A stretch of DNA of 63,721 nucleotides, filler included, from Choristocarpus tenellus KU-1152 (lineage: Eukaryota; Protista; Phaeophyceae), in the NCBI GenBank assembly GCA_964200185.2. It is 12 parts of 12 records of this genome, joined end to end, with 100 filler letters (N's around TTAATTAATTAA, not from the genome) between each part and the next. Parts side by side here need not be neighbours in the genome. Positions count along the whole stretch, not along the records: positions 10,219 to 27,345 come from CAXNAD020000720.1; positions 27,446 to 33,934 come from CAXNAD020008021.1; positions 34,035 to 39,541 come from CAXNAD020010576.1; 9 more parts are not named here. One strand, written 5' to 3'. The position numbers and the translations under genes are program-made. Within the stretch, counting starts at the first letter, position 1; the number at the start of each line of letters is the position of its first letter. The notes beneath the pieces were generated by a model. The model ran no database searches and was not told the origin of the DNA. It was given only the letters and a program-made list of their open reading frames with translations. Of this stretch, positions 26,244 through 38,720 are shown piece by piece.

Positions 26244-27654
26244 TGACGACAATATTTTCCCTTCAACACTCCCCACAGCCTAACACACTTGAATAAGCGC
26301 AACTTCAGGTTTGGAGGGACATCTCCCAAAGGAACGCTTCTCACGTGAAGATGCAAACATTAGATGGGTATTCCTAGCTCAATATACGACAGCAGCATGT
26401 TCCAGATTAGCACTACTGTTGTGCATCGGGATGGAATCAAAATCACACAAAGTTGGAGGTTACTCCTTGGCTGTTGCTATACAGGCAGGGTCAATTGATT
26501 TGGGAAGGAGAGAGAGACATCTGGGTGGGAACTAGACGGGAAAGTTACCAACTCTACCGACTATACACATTATGATGGTATGACGTTTTGTCACTGACTG
26601 TAGGAGGTATAATATACCCTCTAAGTAATATCAACAATCTTCCAAAAATATATATATATTTCAACCACAAAGCGTACAAGGCCTTTCTTGTACACTGATC
26701 AGAAGCTCCTGTCTACTCTGGCTCAACTCACAACATGGAAAACGTCAACACCAACACACACAAAATCGCTTTCCACTAAACCCCCAAAGTGTGTTTGCCC
26801 AAGAAAGCACTTGATACAAAACTTCCACAAAATGTGAAACATTAAGCACCACATCTGCACTTCAAATACAGTACAATGCAGGGCAACAAAATGCTTCAGT
26901 TCTAATAACACATTCACCATCACAAGTAGAGACACGGTACATCTCACTTACCCACCCTACTTCAATACTCATTATCACCACAGTCCAACAGATTAACTCC
27001 ACCTCAATAGCCCCCCACCCCACCTGTACCACTCCCCCATCGACTTTCCTCTTGTGGGCAGTACCTGTTCAGCACGCACATAACATGGAAACCCATAGAC
27101 ATGGCAAGTGTCTAACTTCTTCTCACCTGGCATGTACCCGCGTAATGGCAGCCAAGTGACCAGAGCCTGAGATAGAAGAATGGAGATGGGACTGCCCCCC
27201 AAGAACATCAAACCAACAGTAAATGCACACACACACACCCACAAACAAAAACACACGAACAAACAAGAGAGAATCCAACAGTGGTTTTAAGCAGGGGCCG
27301 GGGTAGGGGCACAGTCAGGGGGTTGGGTTAAGGGGAGGGAGGGGGNNNNNNNNNNNNNNNNNNNNNNNNNNNNNNNNNNNNNNNNNNNNTTAATTAATTA
27401 ANNNNNNNNNNNNNNNNNNNNNNNNNNNNNNNNNNNNNNNNNNNNCAGCAGGATGGGTGCAGAATGGAGCGGTACAGTCTAGGGATGTTATAACAAGGGG
27501 AGAATACGGGCACGAGGAGATGAGCATTTGTAACAGAGAGTATGATGAGTTGGAAGTGAAGAGAAACACAGCCCCACCAAAGGTAACAACTCTGTGAAGC
27601 TTACATGTGAGCTTTCAAGTTGTATAGAACCACACGCCAGGGCAAAGTACGCAC

Positions 27655-28169
27655 CTTGGCAACAAGGCAGGAGCGACGATAATCATGTTCACGACAAAAC
27701 TGGTACCCAGGAAAAGTTGAATCTTTTTCAATATGCTGCCTTTGCTGAAGAACGATCTCCCTGACACCAACATACGTCGTACTGTGCTTCCAATACTACT
27801 AGCATTTACAGGATCACCAAAACCAGGGGGCACGATTAGACCGGTGTTATTAGAGCCCAAATTTGAGGGAGTTAACATTTCAGCTTCCCCCCCATTAACC
27901 TCCCCCGCCTCGTATGCTATTGTTAAGCCTCGACGATCTGAGCCTTGATTGGGAAATGTCGGCCACCTCTGACACCTTCCACAACCCTTCCATAGACTAC
28001 GATTCGCAACATGGCATATTTTAGTTCCTTTAACCAAAACCACAGGATGCCTCGTTAATGGACCTAGACCGCAGAACGCCTCGCACCAAGATGGCACAAG
28101 CAAAAGGGAGAGGAAGGCGATCATCACGCCATGATAGTAGACAAGGCGGGGATCATTGGGCAAAGGCAT
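27655..28169 (-). CDS. First exon of a probable plastid-targeted membrane protein (function unassigned)
   Basis: Signal peptide MIAFLSLLLVPSWCEA|F, a basic transit-like region, hydrophobic FLGTSFVVNMIIVAPALLP, and donor AG|GTGCGT at 27654. The rest lies beyond the contig. Confidence 0.6.
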
Positions 28170-28517
28170 CTTGTGCCCCGCCGTTGTATTTAAGGCGATC
28201 AAGGCACTTTAATCGATTACCCGTCCCACTCTGAACGTGGGACCTTTGGGGTTATTGGTGCTTGATTGCTGCCTGAAGTTGGAACTACTTGATATTTGGA
28301 AAGGTACTATAATAGTTGATGATGTTGATGTTGATAAAAGGTTTGGAAGGCATTCTCCCGACCGACCAGCCACCGACCGAGGTGGCATGTAGACATGTAA
28401 CTCGCATTAACAAACTTGAGGTCCACCCGTCGAGTCCCTCCACGACATACTCTTCCCCAGGCTCTACTATAGATAGAGGAGTAGACCAAGTGTCGGACAG
28501 TTGAACCTTTTGTAACA
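28170..28517. promoter_or_regulatory. Probable bidirectional promoter/5'UTR region
   Basis: ~350 bp between two divergent start codons; inferred from position only. Confidence 0.45.
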
Positions 28518-30337
28518 ATGCGGGCATTTGTATTGGCTCTCGCAGCGTGCGCTACATGCGCTCATGCGTTTGTGGGGACAGGCCTGGCATCCTCAGGCCG
28601 CGTCGCTCGGCGACCGCATTCCTGTGGAGAGGTAAGCAAAGACCGCAAACTGTGCGCTCAATTACCGATAACAATGATATGCACTGCTGTTATGCCTGCA
28701 TAGTCTGCTATTGCCCATGGTGTTGACTTTCCTGGGTCAAACTTAAGTCTTCAATGAGCTTGTGGACCCCAGGTTTTCAGAAAATGGGAACAATGGAGAA
28801 CGTGCTGGGTTTTTATTCCGTTAGATATAGCTGTTGCAATATTTTGTGGTGATTTTTTTGAGCGATTGACCTATCGGTTTTGCGACACCTTGGAGAAGGT
28901 CTCAACAACTGCTATGTGGCAAGTTAAGCGGAACACGAGAACAGCACATATTTTTCTATCCTGGAGGGGATAAAACCACGTCCCGAACAACGTATTTTAA
29001 CAGACCTTAAATGCAGTGGAATTCGCTTTCTTGTCAACGTTATTTGACCATCCTGCTAAGAAATTCAGGTGCTGCCGTTAAATACATATATTGCTTTCGT
29101 TGAAGTTTGCCAACCCTGATTTTTTGTTGTGTGCTTCACCGATCCCATCCGACATAGATCACAAGCATGAACTGATTCGCACGTATGGTGCATCTGATGT
29201 GTCAGTGGTGTGTACAACTTCCTGCCTACATTTCTCTTACATCTTGCCACTCCCTCTACCTTCCCTGGTGCAAACTAGGTCTACATGGGGGGTGCAAAGG
29301 GAGAATCTTCTACGAGGCCTGGGAAGCTTAAAACTATCGAGTCTGTGTCGGAAATGCTCAAGGAGAATGATTTTATATTTTCCATCCCTAGCTCCAGAAT
29401 AAATGGAGTAGACATCGTAAAACTTCGAAAGGGTCTTCCTGACGGGTGCATAGCCAGGGTTGTGAAGAACAAGCTGATGATCATCGCATCAGAGGGTACT
29501 GCTTTTGAGAGTGTGAAAGACTTAGCGAAAGGCGAAAATATGTGGGTATTCTACAAGGGAGATAACCCAGGCACCCCTATTAACTACATTTTGGACTTCA
29601 CCAAGGAGTTAGACAAGGTGAGTTTCAGCAGCCGTGCACTCACCTATTGCGAGTCTAGTGTTACCCTTCCTACAGCTGCGAATATCTTACAAATGTAAAA
29701 TCTGTATCCTAACCTAGGCTTGTTCAAACGTGAAGAAACGTCTCCATGCAAAAACCGCAGGAATTTGTCAACAGTTCGTAACCTCTTCCTCCAGTTTCAG
29801 ACTCTGCTTTTCCCCTCCCCATTGTCCAGTGCTAGTTAGGTGGAATTGTCGCTTCCTTCCATGTAGTGAGCACCTGATGCCTCAACTGTGCAGGGAGCAA
29901 GTCTCAATAAAACATCCCCCCTTCCATTCTAAGCAACCAATCTATCACTTCGTTGTTTCGTTTATTTGATTCCCCTGCATACCTATGTCATCCTTGGTTT
30001 CTGCCCGAAACACACTCCACTGCAGAAAGAAGAACTCGCCATCAAGAACGGTATCTATGAGGGTCAGAACCTGGATGCAGATGGTGTCATCGCAATCTCC
30101 AAGCTGCCGTCGAAGCAGGAGCTCATGCAGCGCCTGGCTGTGGCGCTGAACTCTGTTCCCACTAAGCTCGGAAGGTCGATCAAGATCATCCCTACCAAGC
30201 TTGGCAGGGCTGTCAAGTTGGCATTCGCCGATCCAGATGGCGATGGTGCTGCTGCAGAGGGAGAGGCAGGGGATGCTGCAACTCCTGCAGAGGAGGGAAA
30301 AGAGGGGGATGCTGCTGAAGATGCCCCGGCTGAGTGA
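28518..30337 (+). CDS. rpl10: Nucleus-encoded plastid 50S ribosomal protein L10 (uL10c), 3 exons, ~254 aa
   Basis: Exons 28518-28631, 29279-29617, 30026-30337 (GT-AG, phase 0). Bipartite presequence MRAFVLALAACATCAHA|FVG. L10 motifs IVKLRKGL...VVKNKLM..A.EGT.FE and KLPSKQELM...VPTKL.R.IK. Confidence 0.93.
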
Positions 30338-32628
30338 GCAGTGCTGTTGTGGTTGTAGTGGCCTTGGGTTGATTTGAGTCATTAGTATTGAGAAGGGGGA
30401 ATGGGAGAGGGTCAGCGTGCTGAAGAGATGTTTCTCTTACTAGTCTGGTAATAGGGCGGCAGATTGGGTACCATAATTGATGCGGCCCAGACCAGGGTGC
30501 CAATAGTACTTGGGGGGGTACGGATGAGATGCCAGGTACAATCTTGTGAGGGCCAGTGAATACCTGCATGCTATCACAGACCATCTTGTTGTTGAGACCG
30601 AAACACGGTATCCATCAAGAGGACTGCAGCAGCTGACTTATTTTTGCAGTACATCTTGAATGAGATCATCATATAGATGAAGTGATTTGATAGTATGCAA
30701 ACAGCTCAGATGGTGTGTGCGGCTTGCTGCATGCACCATGTTTGAGTTGGTTAGAGCCAATCGTATGTAGCCAGTGTGTAAAAACGTGTTCTGTGTTTTG
30801 CACCTCCAAGCATTCCTAATGGCCCAGCTTCAAATTCAAGCATCTGCAAAGATGTGTGATGTGTTCATGATTGTTCTGTGATAGTACCCTTGAAATGGGA
30901 ACTTCCCACTATTATACAGATGGCAACACCTCACTCGCTGCTTTGTGCTCTCAGCCGAGCAGGGTGTAGTGCTGGATTGCTCCAGATCTCATCAAGAGAG
31001 TACCATCATTGGTATCTTGTTGCTGCCTTTTTCATTGTCTTATCCACGTCTCTAATGCACTCTCATTATTAACTCCTGCTTGTACAAAAGTTGATGAATT
31101 AATCTCCTTTGCACCACCACAACTTCATGACACATCTGCATGTACTTGAAATAGAGTCCTTATCCTCCTTGTCCTGATTTGGTAGACTTGAGGTCTTTTA
31201 TGAGTGGGGCTTACCCACCTCGATGTGGTGACATAGCATGAGAAAAGTATTTGTTACTCCTGCCTTCGAAGTCAGCAGATTTCTGGGATTTCCTCATTTT
31301 AGTCTAGGGCCCTGATTGGTGAAAAAACAAAAAAAATGCTTGAAGGATGTAAATATTCTGCGATGACTCTTGGTACGGGGCATTGTATCAATGAAGATAC
31401 AGATCTTTTGTTTTTGTTTCGTTTCGCTGGAAGCAAAGGGGTTTTATTTTGCGAGGGATTTGATTGTTGTTCAAGCCTCGTCAATAATTTGCAGAGATCA
31501 GCGGTTGCACTATTGTTGCTTTATTTGAAGTTCCTGTCAAGTTTCGAATTGGCCTTCCCTGTGTATCTATGCAAAGTTTGTTTGGAATTTGAACGGGCAC
31601 AGCAATTTTAGTCTTGATTTCACGTAATTTGTGCTGTGTGAGCGGTTGACCATTGACTGCTCCAGAGCCAAAGTGGATGTAGAACTGAAGCTCCTGGGCA
31701 GATGAAACGATGACATTTCCTCTGCAAGTGCACACGTTCCTGTGTATGCACCATCAGCATCACTGACTTGCTTGTGAACGCGTGCAAAGAGGCAGGAAAT
31801 GCAAGTGATTGAGGTAATTCAATGGCAGTCTGTGTCAGTGGCATTTGCAGCACAGTGGTATTATTGCAGTAGCATACCTGTAGTAGTCCTGGACCTACCC
31901 GGAAACCTTCCGAAAAGATGGTACTCTATTTTCTCTCTGCCTGCCTTGATATTTTTTTATTGCAAATATTGTATTCTGTGAAGAGGTGTGTTACGAATAA
32001 CCGTACTTTCCAGCAGATCGTACACCTGTCTTTCTTTCCACCCCTGCCCACCCCCTTCAGAAAACCATGAACATGCCAAGAAGCACGCACACTGATATGG
32101 ATTATTTGCAGTGGCAGAAGAAATCCATCCCATTCTGCCCTGATTCAATACGAGGCATTTCAATTAGAGGAACAACAGTAGATAGCTTTACCTTTTTCAC
32201 CCATTACAAGCAGATGAGATGAACTTTGTCACAAGTACTGTGTGGAGTTAGAGTTGAGAACGAATCAGAACATAAGCCATTACCCAATCACTACATTTAT
32301 TTGAGACTAAAGTAAGCGATCATGACCTTGACCATGTAAGAATATAAACTATGACCACATGCCGGCAACAAAGGAATCCATACAGGAAAGGGAAACATAA
32401 CCAAATGAGCCAAGTAAGAACAGAAAGGTGATCACAAAACCATTCACCACGCAGCAAAATGTCGTTCTGTCAATCAGGTACGTGTTTTGTGGATTAGTGG
32501 GCCATTTCAACCAGATTATCCATAGTTTTCCTATTAGTTTCTCATTCTTGAAGCGGTTTTGTTCATGGTCTCGAAGATTCAGATATTATTGCATGCGGTC
32601 AGATTTGCATATTTAGAACCTGGCACTT

Positions 32629-33147
32629 GAGTCAAAGTATCTTATAGGGTAGAGCAGCGCCCGTTTGGGGGCCAAAATCTAATGTCGCGATTGAGTGAGA
32701 GTATGTTGTAGGGTACGGGTTTTGCCCTGTTTGTCCATTTAGGGCTTGGCTTCCCTCGGGTTTTTTATGAAATTTTCCTACTCCAGAATATTTCGGACTA
32801 GGTAAAATGTATACGCTATGGAAAGGTGTGTCTGGAACAAGGATATTGACACTTCCTAACAAACACGATAGCCAAAATTACATCGAAATCGCACATTGGA
32901 TTTTGGTCCCCAAATGGACGCAGCTCTATCCTCTAAAGTACTTTGGCTCGATTTTGATGTAATTTTGGCTATCGTGTTTGTTAGAAAGTGTCAATATCCT
33001 TGTTCCAGACACACCTGTCCATAACGTAAACACTTAACCTACTCTGAAATATTTTGGAGTAGGTAAAATATCATAAAAACCCGTGGAAATCCAAGCCTCA
33101 AACGGACAAACAGGGCAAAACTCATACCCTCTAAGATGCTTTCTCTC
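32629..33147 (-). mobile_element. MITE family A host copy (TSD ACTT), split by a second copy
   Basis: ACTT at 32625-32628 and 33148-33151; TIRs GAGTCAAAGTATCTT / AAGATGCTTTCTCTC. Confidence 0.92.
32693..32949 (+). mobile_element. MITE family A nested copy (TSD GATT)
   Basis: GATT at 32689-32692 and 32950-32953; opposite orientation to host. Confidence 0.92.
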
Positions 33148-34808
33148 ACTTGGTACTGTGGTTAGTTTCATGCAGCTCATCTGATCCAACAAACACTCCC
33201 ACAGGTTCTTCAATCCTCGACTATGAATCTTGCCTTATATGGTTTTGAAGGAGGTCTGCATCAGACTCAACATCCTTGAACGCATTGAAGGATATGCTGA
33301 ACCCTGGGAAAGTGGAGAAGGGAGGGACCCTCCCTTGACACATTTGGTCCATGCATGAAGGAATGTGACTAATACATGATAGGATGTAACTCAAACAACA
33401 ATGAGAACATAAATCCTGCACATCTGCAATTCACCTGCTTGTGGTTTGTGAGTGTCATCGCCATCACCACATGGCTGAAGCATATATGAAGCATAGTCTA
33501 GAAAATATGAAGCAGTTACAGAATGGGTGAGGCTGAGCGTACCGTCCCAAATTGGAGAGGGAGGAGGAGATTCTACTAATGTACTGTAGGGACTAAAGAG
33601 AAAACTACAGATATCGACAGAGTAAGAACATTCCATCACACCATACATCACCCTTAGCTTATGTCAAACTGCTAAAATGATCCAACAGACCACCCAGATA
33701 AAGCCCCAACAAGGCCACCTGACTTAGGTGAAACAATATTTTCAACCGTCATGGTACTACAAGTCATTATATTACACATTCAATGTAGACAAACAGGGTT
33801 GTACCCTCAAAGTACCTGTGTTGTGACTATTTCTTCAAAAGGAGGATGCGATGGAATATTAGGCTAGATATGTTACAGGCGAATAGAGCGAGTATTTCTT
33901 CTTGTATTTCAACGAAGTGCAAACGTTGTTACACNNNNNNNNNNNNNNNNNNNNNNNNNNNNNNNNNNNNNNNNNNNNTTAATTAATTAANNNNNNNNNN
34001 NNNNNNNNNNNNNNNNNNNNNNNNNNNNNNNNNNCCCACCCCCCCGCAGCAGATACTTTGACCCACCCCCTCGTAACACCCTCAATAAATCAGAATATAT
34101 ATATATATATATATGGGAGAGGAAAAGACTACAATAGAGCTAGGGTTAAGGTTCGGAGTGAGGCAATTCTTGCCACTAAATAGAGCTGTGATATGTAGTT
34201 TGTGTTTTTACCAACACTTGCTCTCTTTCACAAGTTTCACAACTAATGATCATCTTGTGCTATACGTGTTGAAGGTCCACCTGCGTCTTCAGGCGATACT
34301 GTCGACTGAATAAAAGAAAAAAGAAAAAAGATATTGCACACATAAAAATGAAAGACGTTACACGCAACATAAATAAATAAAATATTTTATGCACAAAAAA
34401 TAAATAAGTGAAATATATTACACACACAAAAAAAAGTAAAAAGATATTACAAAAAAAATAACGTAAATAAAAGCAATGGCGAAGAAAGAGATGGGGACGG
34501 ACAGAAAACTCGCCCGTTGCGATCATTCTCATTCTTATCCTGAAAAATGCGTATTGGCAGTATTAACAGTTTGTATTAGCCATGGTATTTACTAAAATAC
34601 ACCTCTATTGAAACCCTCATGTACTATAAATATCCTTCAAAGGATTGTCACGACATTGTGACTGCCAACTATGAATCAACCATGAATCGTGGAAGGGTTA
34701 GAGCAGCTTCAAGTCCATCACTCCTGAAATGCACTATACATCAATGCCAGAACATAGCCAACCGGCTCAGTTCATCACTTGTTATTGATAACCCTAACCC
34801 TAACTCAC

Positions 34809-37800
34809 ATGAAAACAATGGCCTCAAAGGCCATCCTTGCAGCAGGCACTTGGTAAAAAGCCTCTGGCCTCACTACCAAACCCTCAAGCACAAACTGTGC
34901 TCCAATAGGGTAAGGTTAAGATTGGTTGAGAGATCAGACAAGAGCATTGGGGAGGTCATAGAAGAGAGGTTTAAGTGGTATTTATTTATTTTTTGGCAGA
35001 TGATACACAGGAGAGCACAGATGTCCATTCCGTTCAAATTCTGTCACAAGGCTTTCAAGGTCAGAAAAATGTGATCTTCTTACATTTTCAAGGGCAACCC
35101 AACACTCATGAGGGAAGGTACAACTAGTTCCTAATACATACTCCTCCATATATAACCCTTTACACAATGTACTGTGTATAAAAAATAAAAAAAATTGTAA
35201 AGAAAATTCTTTGCGTGTGCCAGTTCCGGAGACCAATCACTCAAAAAAGAAAGAAAAAGAAAGAGGGCATCCAATCACAATAGTAGGGAGTGGGGGAGTA
35301 ACCAATTCACAGATGCAACGGTTCTACAGAGTAATGCTACAGAGTACAATGACCGAGGGCACAAGACTGCCTTTGTCAAACAATCACCCTTCCTGATAAT
35401 CAACATGCCATGGTGAGGGAGGCACTGCAGCCTCACACAGCTACACCAACCGACAGTTTTTGACAGTTTTTGACACCAGCTCACGATGTCTATGTCAAAG
35501 GGTGACTCATATATTTATTTATTGCGGATGAGCGGAATTAAAAAAACAAAACAAAACACACACACACACACACACTGACTTCGGCATTTGATGCAGCACC
35601 AAGAAGAGGAGGCACCACTTGCTTGGGACAACAAGGAAGTGAGACGCCATATTACCTCTACCAACAGTGATCTCAGTCACACTAGCTCTACACGTTCAGA
35701 CGCACGAGGTTTGTGACTGATGTGCCCTCCAACAGAAACTCTGACCCTTGACAGTAGTTGCATCAAGTGAACAACAATAAAAAAGAAGAAAAATCAGGAT
35801 CGATTGATGGGGATCCCTACCAACAGGACAGGGGACCGACAGGTGAACATCAAAACTGGGTGGAGGTCAGGCATGCCAGGTCTGCCATACCCCCAACAAC
35901 GGAGGTGCCCCCACAGACCCTGCTCTATTTTCCACATCTTGACACAACTAATACATATTATTACTACAACCAGTACTACTACTCTCAGTAGCACTATCTA
36001 TCATCATGGGAGATGATAGCTTTTGTGTAAGCACTAAAGTATATATATCCCAAGAATCACAACCTGTCATCATAGCGTCTCACAATATCTCCTCACCTGC
36101 GTACGGGGAAAAGGTGTCATCAACGCAAACCCCCCGTCTCCTGTCAGTCCCATCCAGCTCCGAGTGACCCCTTGTGCATTATCCCCAGGCAGACCTGGAA
36201 CCAGGTAAGACCCAGAGCGCGGCGCCCTATTGAAGGTTGAATCCTTTGCATGATCGTATTTCCAGCAGCGTGGGTAGAGTAGAGTGTAGGAAGAGAGGTG
36301 GTTGTCTCCGAGGTTTTGTTTAAGCATCCTTTTGTCACATATGATATCAGCACAAGAAATATATATATATATATATATATATATCTTCCTGAACAGAAGA
36401 AGTGTGATAGATCATTGACCTGTTCTAATGTGACACACAAAATACTCGAAGTTCTACTTTCTAATCATTTTCAGTTCCTGACTTCCTTCGTAATACTTAA
36501 ACCATCCACTCCATGCTGGCAAGTAACATAACCGTTACTTGTAGCTCCATCTCACACCTTCAGTCTAACACCATACCGTGACAACAAGCATGAGAAAGAT
36601 GCCAATAAAATGCTTCAGACTTTGGGTTACGGTGTACTTGATATACAACTTCCAGTATTAATAATTAAATAGTAGTCGTGCCATCTCTATATACCTCCAA
36701 TAAATTCCCTGCCTGCAACGAACAGGAACTTCTAAACAAGTAACTTCATCACTCGAAAAAAATGAATTTACTTCATAACCTAGTAGGAACAGAGACGTCG
36801 GTCCCGGTGAGGATTGAACTCACGACCTCTCGATTAACAGTCGAACGCTCTAACCAGCTGAGCTACGGGACCATATACGTTTCCTGGGTACCTTCACATT
36901 AAGAATGGTGTAGGGGACTTCCTCAAGATTATTGACCTCCTCGTAACGAATGTCAGTCCCTCTATCTGTTACAAACCATTTTTGTATATTGTTCAAGACT
37001 ATTCATGTAATTGCTGTGTTTTGTTTTCCTCTCTCTACCTCACACTTCTTTCTATAAATAAAGATAGACTATACTGCATGAAAAGAACGAACCTACCTTT
37101 CACAAAAAATTCGGTCCCGGTGAGGATTGAACTCACGACCTCTCGATTAACAGTCGAACGCTCTAACCAGCTGAGCTACGGGACCAGATGAAAAAGTGTT
37201 TCAAATTTTTGCATCTAAACATAGGAATTGTTCGGAAAGAATATGCACATAAAAAAACAAGAAAAATACACGAGACATTATGTCTCTTACGTTTCAGTAC
37301 CCATTGCATCAGCTTCCAAAAAACATCAGGGACAGATGCAATAACGTTCTATACATCGGAGCTAATTGTCGTCTTATCTCGTCATTCAACCGGCAACAAT
37401 CAGCATTCATCAGCGAACCAAACATGTTGGCCACATCAATCGAGGCTACAACAGCTATCATCTAACTCTTTATGCCAAAATCATATTGGAAATAGAAGGA
37501 GGTTGCACGACTCCTTACCGTTGAATTTCATGCTGGAATCAATGCTGAATACTGAACTGGTAACACCAAGCCCAAAGTCTCAAACTATGCACAGAAATCG
37601 CTCACAACATAACTTCATTCAAAACAGGGTTCATTTTGCTGGGATTCGAACAAAATATCCTCCGTAATATGCAAAAGGACAGTTTCAATGGGAAGAACAG
37701 TCGAATTTGAATACATGTATTTTAAGCAGATACATCGAAACATTGATTGCATCTGCCCGTCTCAGATCATATCATGCTCTAGGCAAGTTCTCTACTGTTG

Positions 37801-38720
37801 AGATCAGATCCCTAAGTATATACTAAAATATTTCAGTTCCCTTCACCTTTTACTTGGCGGCAAAGACGAGTCAGCAGTAATGTACTTGAGCCACATGGCG
37901 CAAACAGAGTTCTAAACAGTTCAACTAGCTGCATCCTCTTCATGTTGCTGTACACTGCTTGTTCTCAAACAGAGTTCTAAACAGTTCAACTAGCTGCATC
38001 CTCTTCATGTTGCTGTACACTGCTTGTTCGCAAAATTCAGTTCTACATCATTAAGAATGTGGTTTGACCATTGCGCAAAGCTTATCATCTGGCGAGATCG
38101 CTCGTCTACACGCAATCTAAAGAGAATTTTTTGGCGTCAAAGAATACTTCGAAGTAGAATAATAATTAACATACTATATGTTGAACCACACAGCATTTAT
38201 TATACATTACTATATGTTGAACCACAACGTTATGAATGGTAATTTTTTTTTGCGGTAACCAAAATTTTCAAACAGCTACCCCTGGCTGTATTCACTCCCA
38301 TTCCGCCCAAGCTTTCAGCAAGCACAATCACAACCACTGTACCACTTACAACCATGACACAACACCACCAACGCCCAACCTATACACCAAGAGCTCTACA
38401 ACATAGACACCTTTTGATATAATGTCATACTTGACAACTGAGGAACAAATCTTAACAAATGGAGAAACAGTACTCAGACCGACCCCTCACAAAACATACT
38501 CCCCTCGATCTCAATTACATGTTCCCCCAGGGGTGACCAAGCACTACTGAACTAATAGTAATAGTTCCGATTTAAAAAAAACAAAGCTCACCCGGTGGTA
38601 GCCACGGAACTTCTCATCTTCCAGGTCTGCCCCAGCCCTGGCGGTGAAGGTTGTCCACAGGTAGTTCTTCACAAGTGGGAGAGACACAAAGTCAAGCCAT
38701 CGTAGCTCTACAGCTAGAGC
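34809..38720 (-). CDS. Internal exons of a TRP-like cation channel (pre-S1/S1 region)
   Basis: Exons 38720-38592 (ALAVELRWLDFVSLPLVKNYLWTTF), 36243-36097 and 34894-34809 (FVLEGLVVRPEAFYQVPAARMAFEAIVF) join in phase. Resemble TRP 'LA....F...P.V..YL' and 'FY..P..R...E' motifs. Confidence 0.55.
36799..36872 (-). tRNA. trnN-GUU: tRNA-Asn(GTT)
   Basis: GGTCCCG acceptor stem, D arm TAGCTCAGCTGGTTAGAGC, anticodon arm TTCGA-CTGTTAA-TCGAG, T arm GTGAGTTCAATCCTCAC. Confidence 0.97.
37112..37185 (-). tRNA. trnN-GUU: tRNA-Asn(GTT)
   Basis: Identical to 36799-36872; T6 Pol III terminator just downstream (37104-37109). Confidence 0.97.
37901..38029. repeat. 65-bp tandem duplication
   Basis: CAAACAGAGTTCTAAACAGTTCAACTAGCTGCATCCTCTTCATGTTGCTGTACACTGCTTGTTC x2. 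Confidence 0.95.

Noticed and set aside
30900-33500. Possible minus-strand gene convergent with rpl10
   Set aside because: Splice-like signals exist, but no stop-free, in-phase exon chain or domain could be built.
37188-37667. 159-aa ORF next to a tRNA (integrase-like island?)
   Set aside because: No recognisable motif, and it is antisense within a probable intron.
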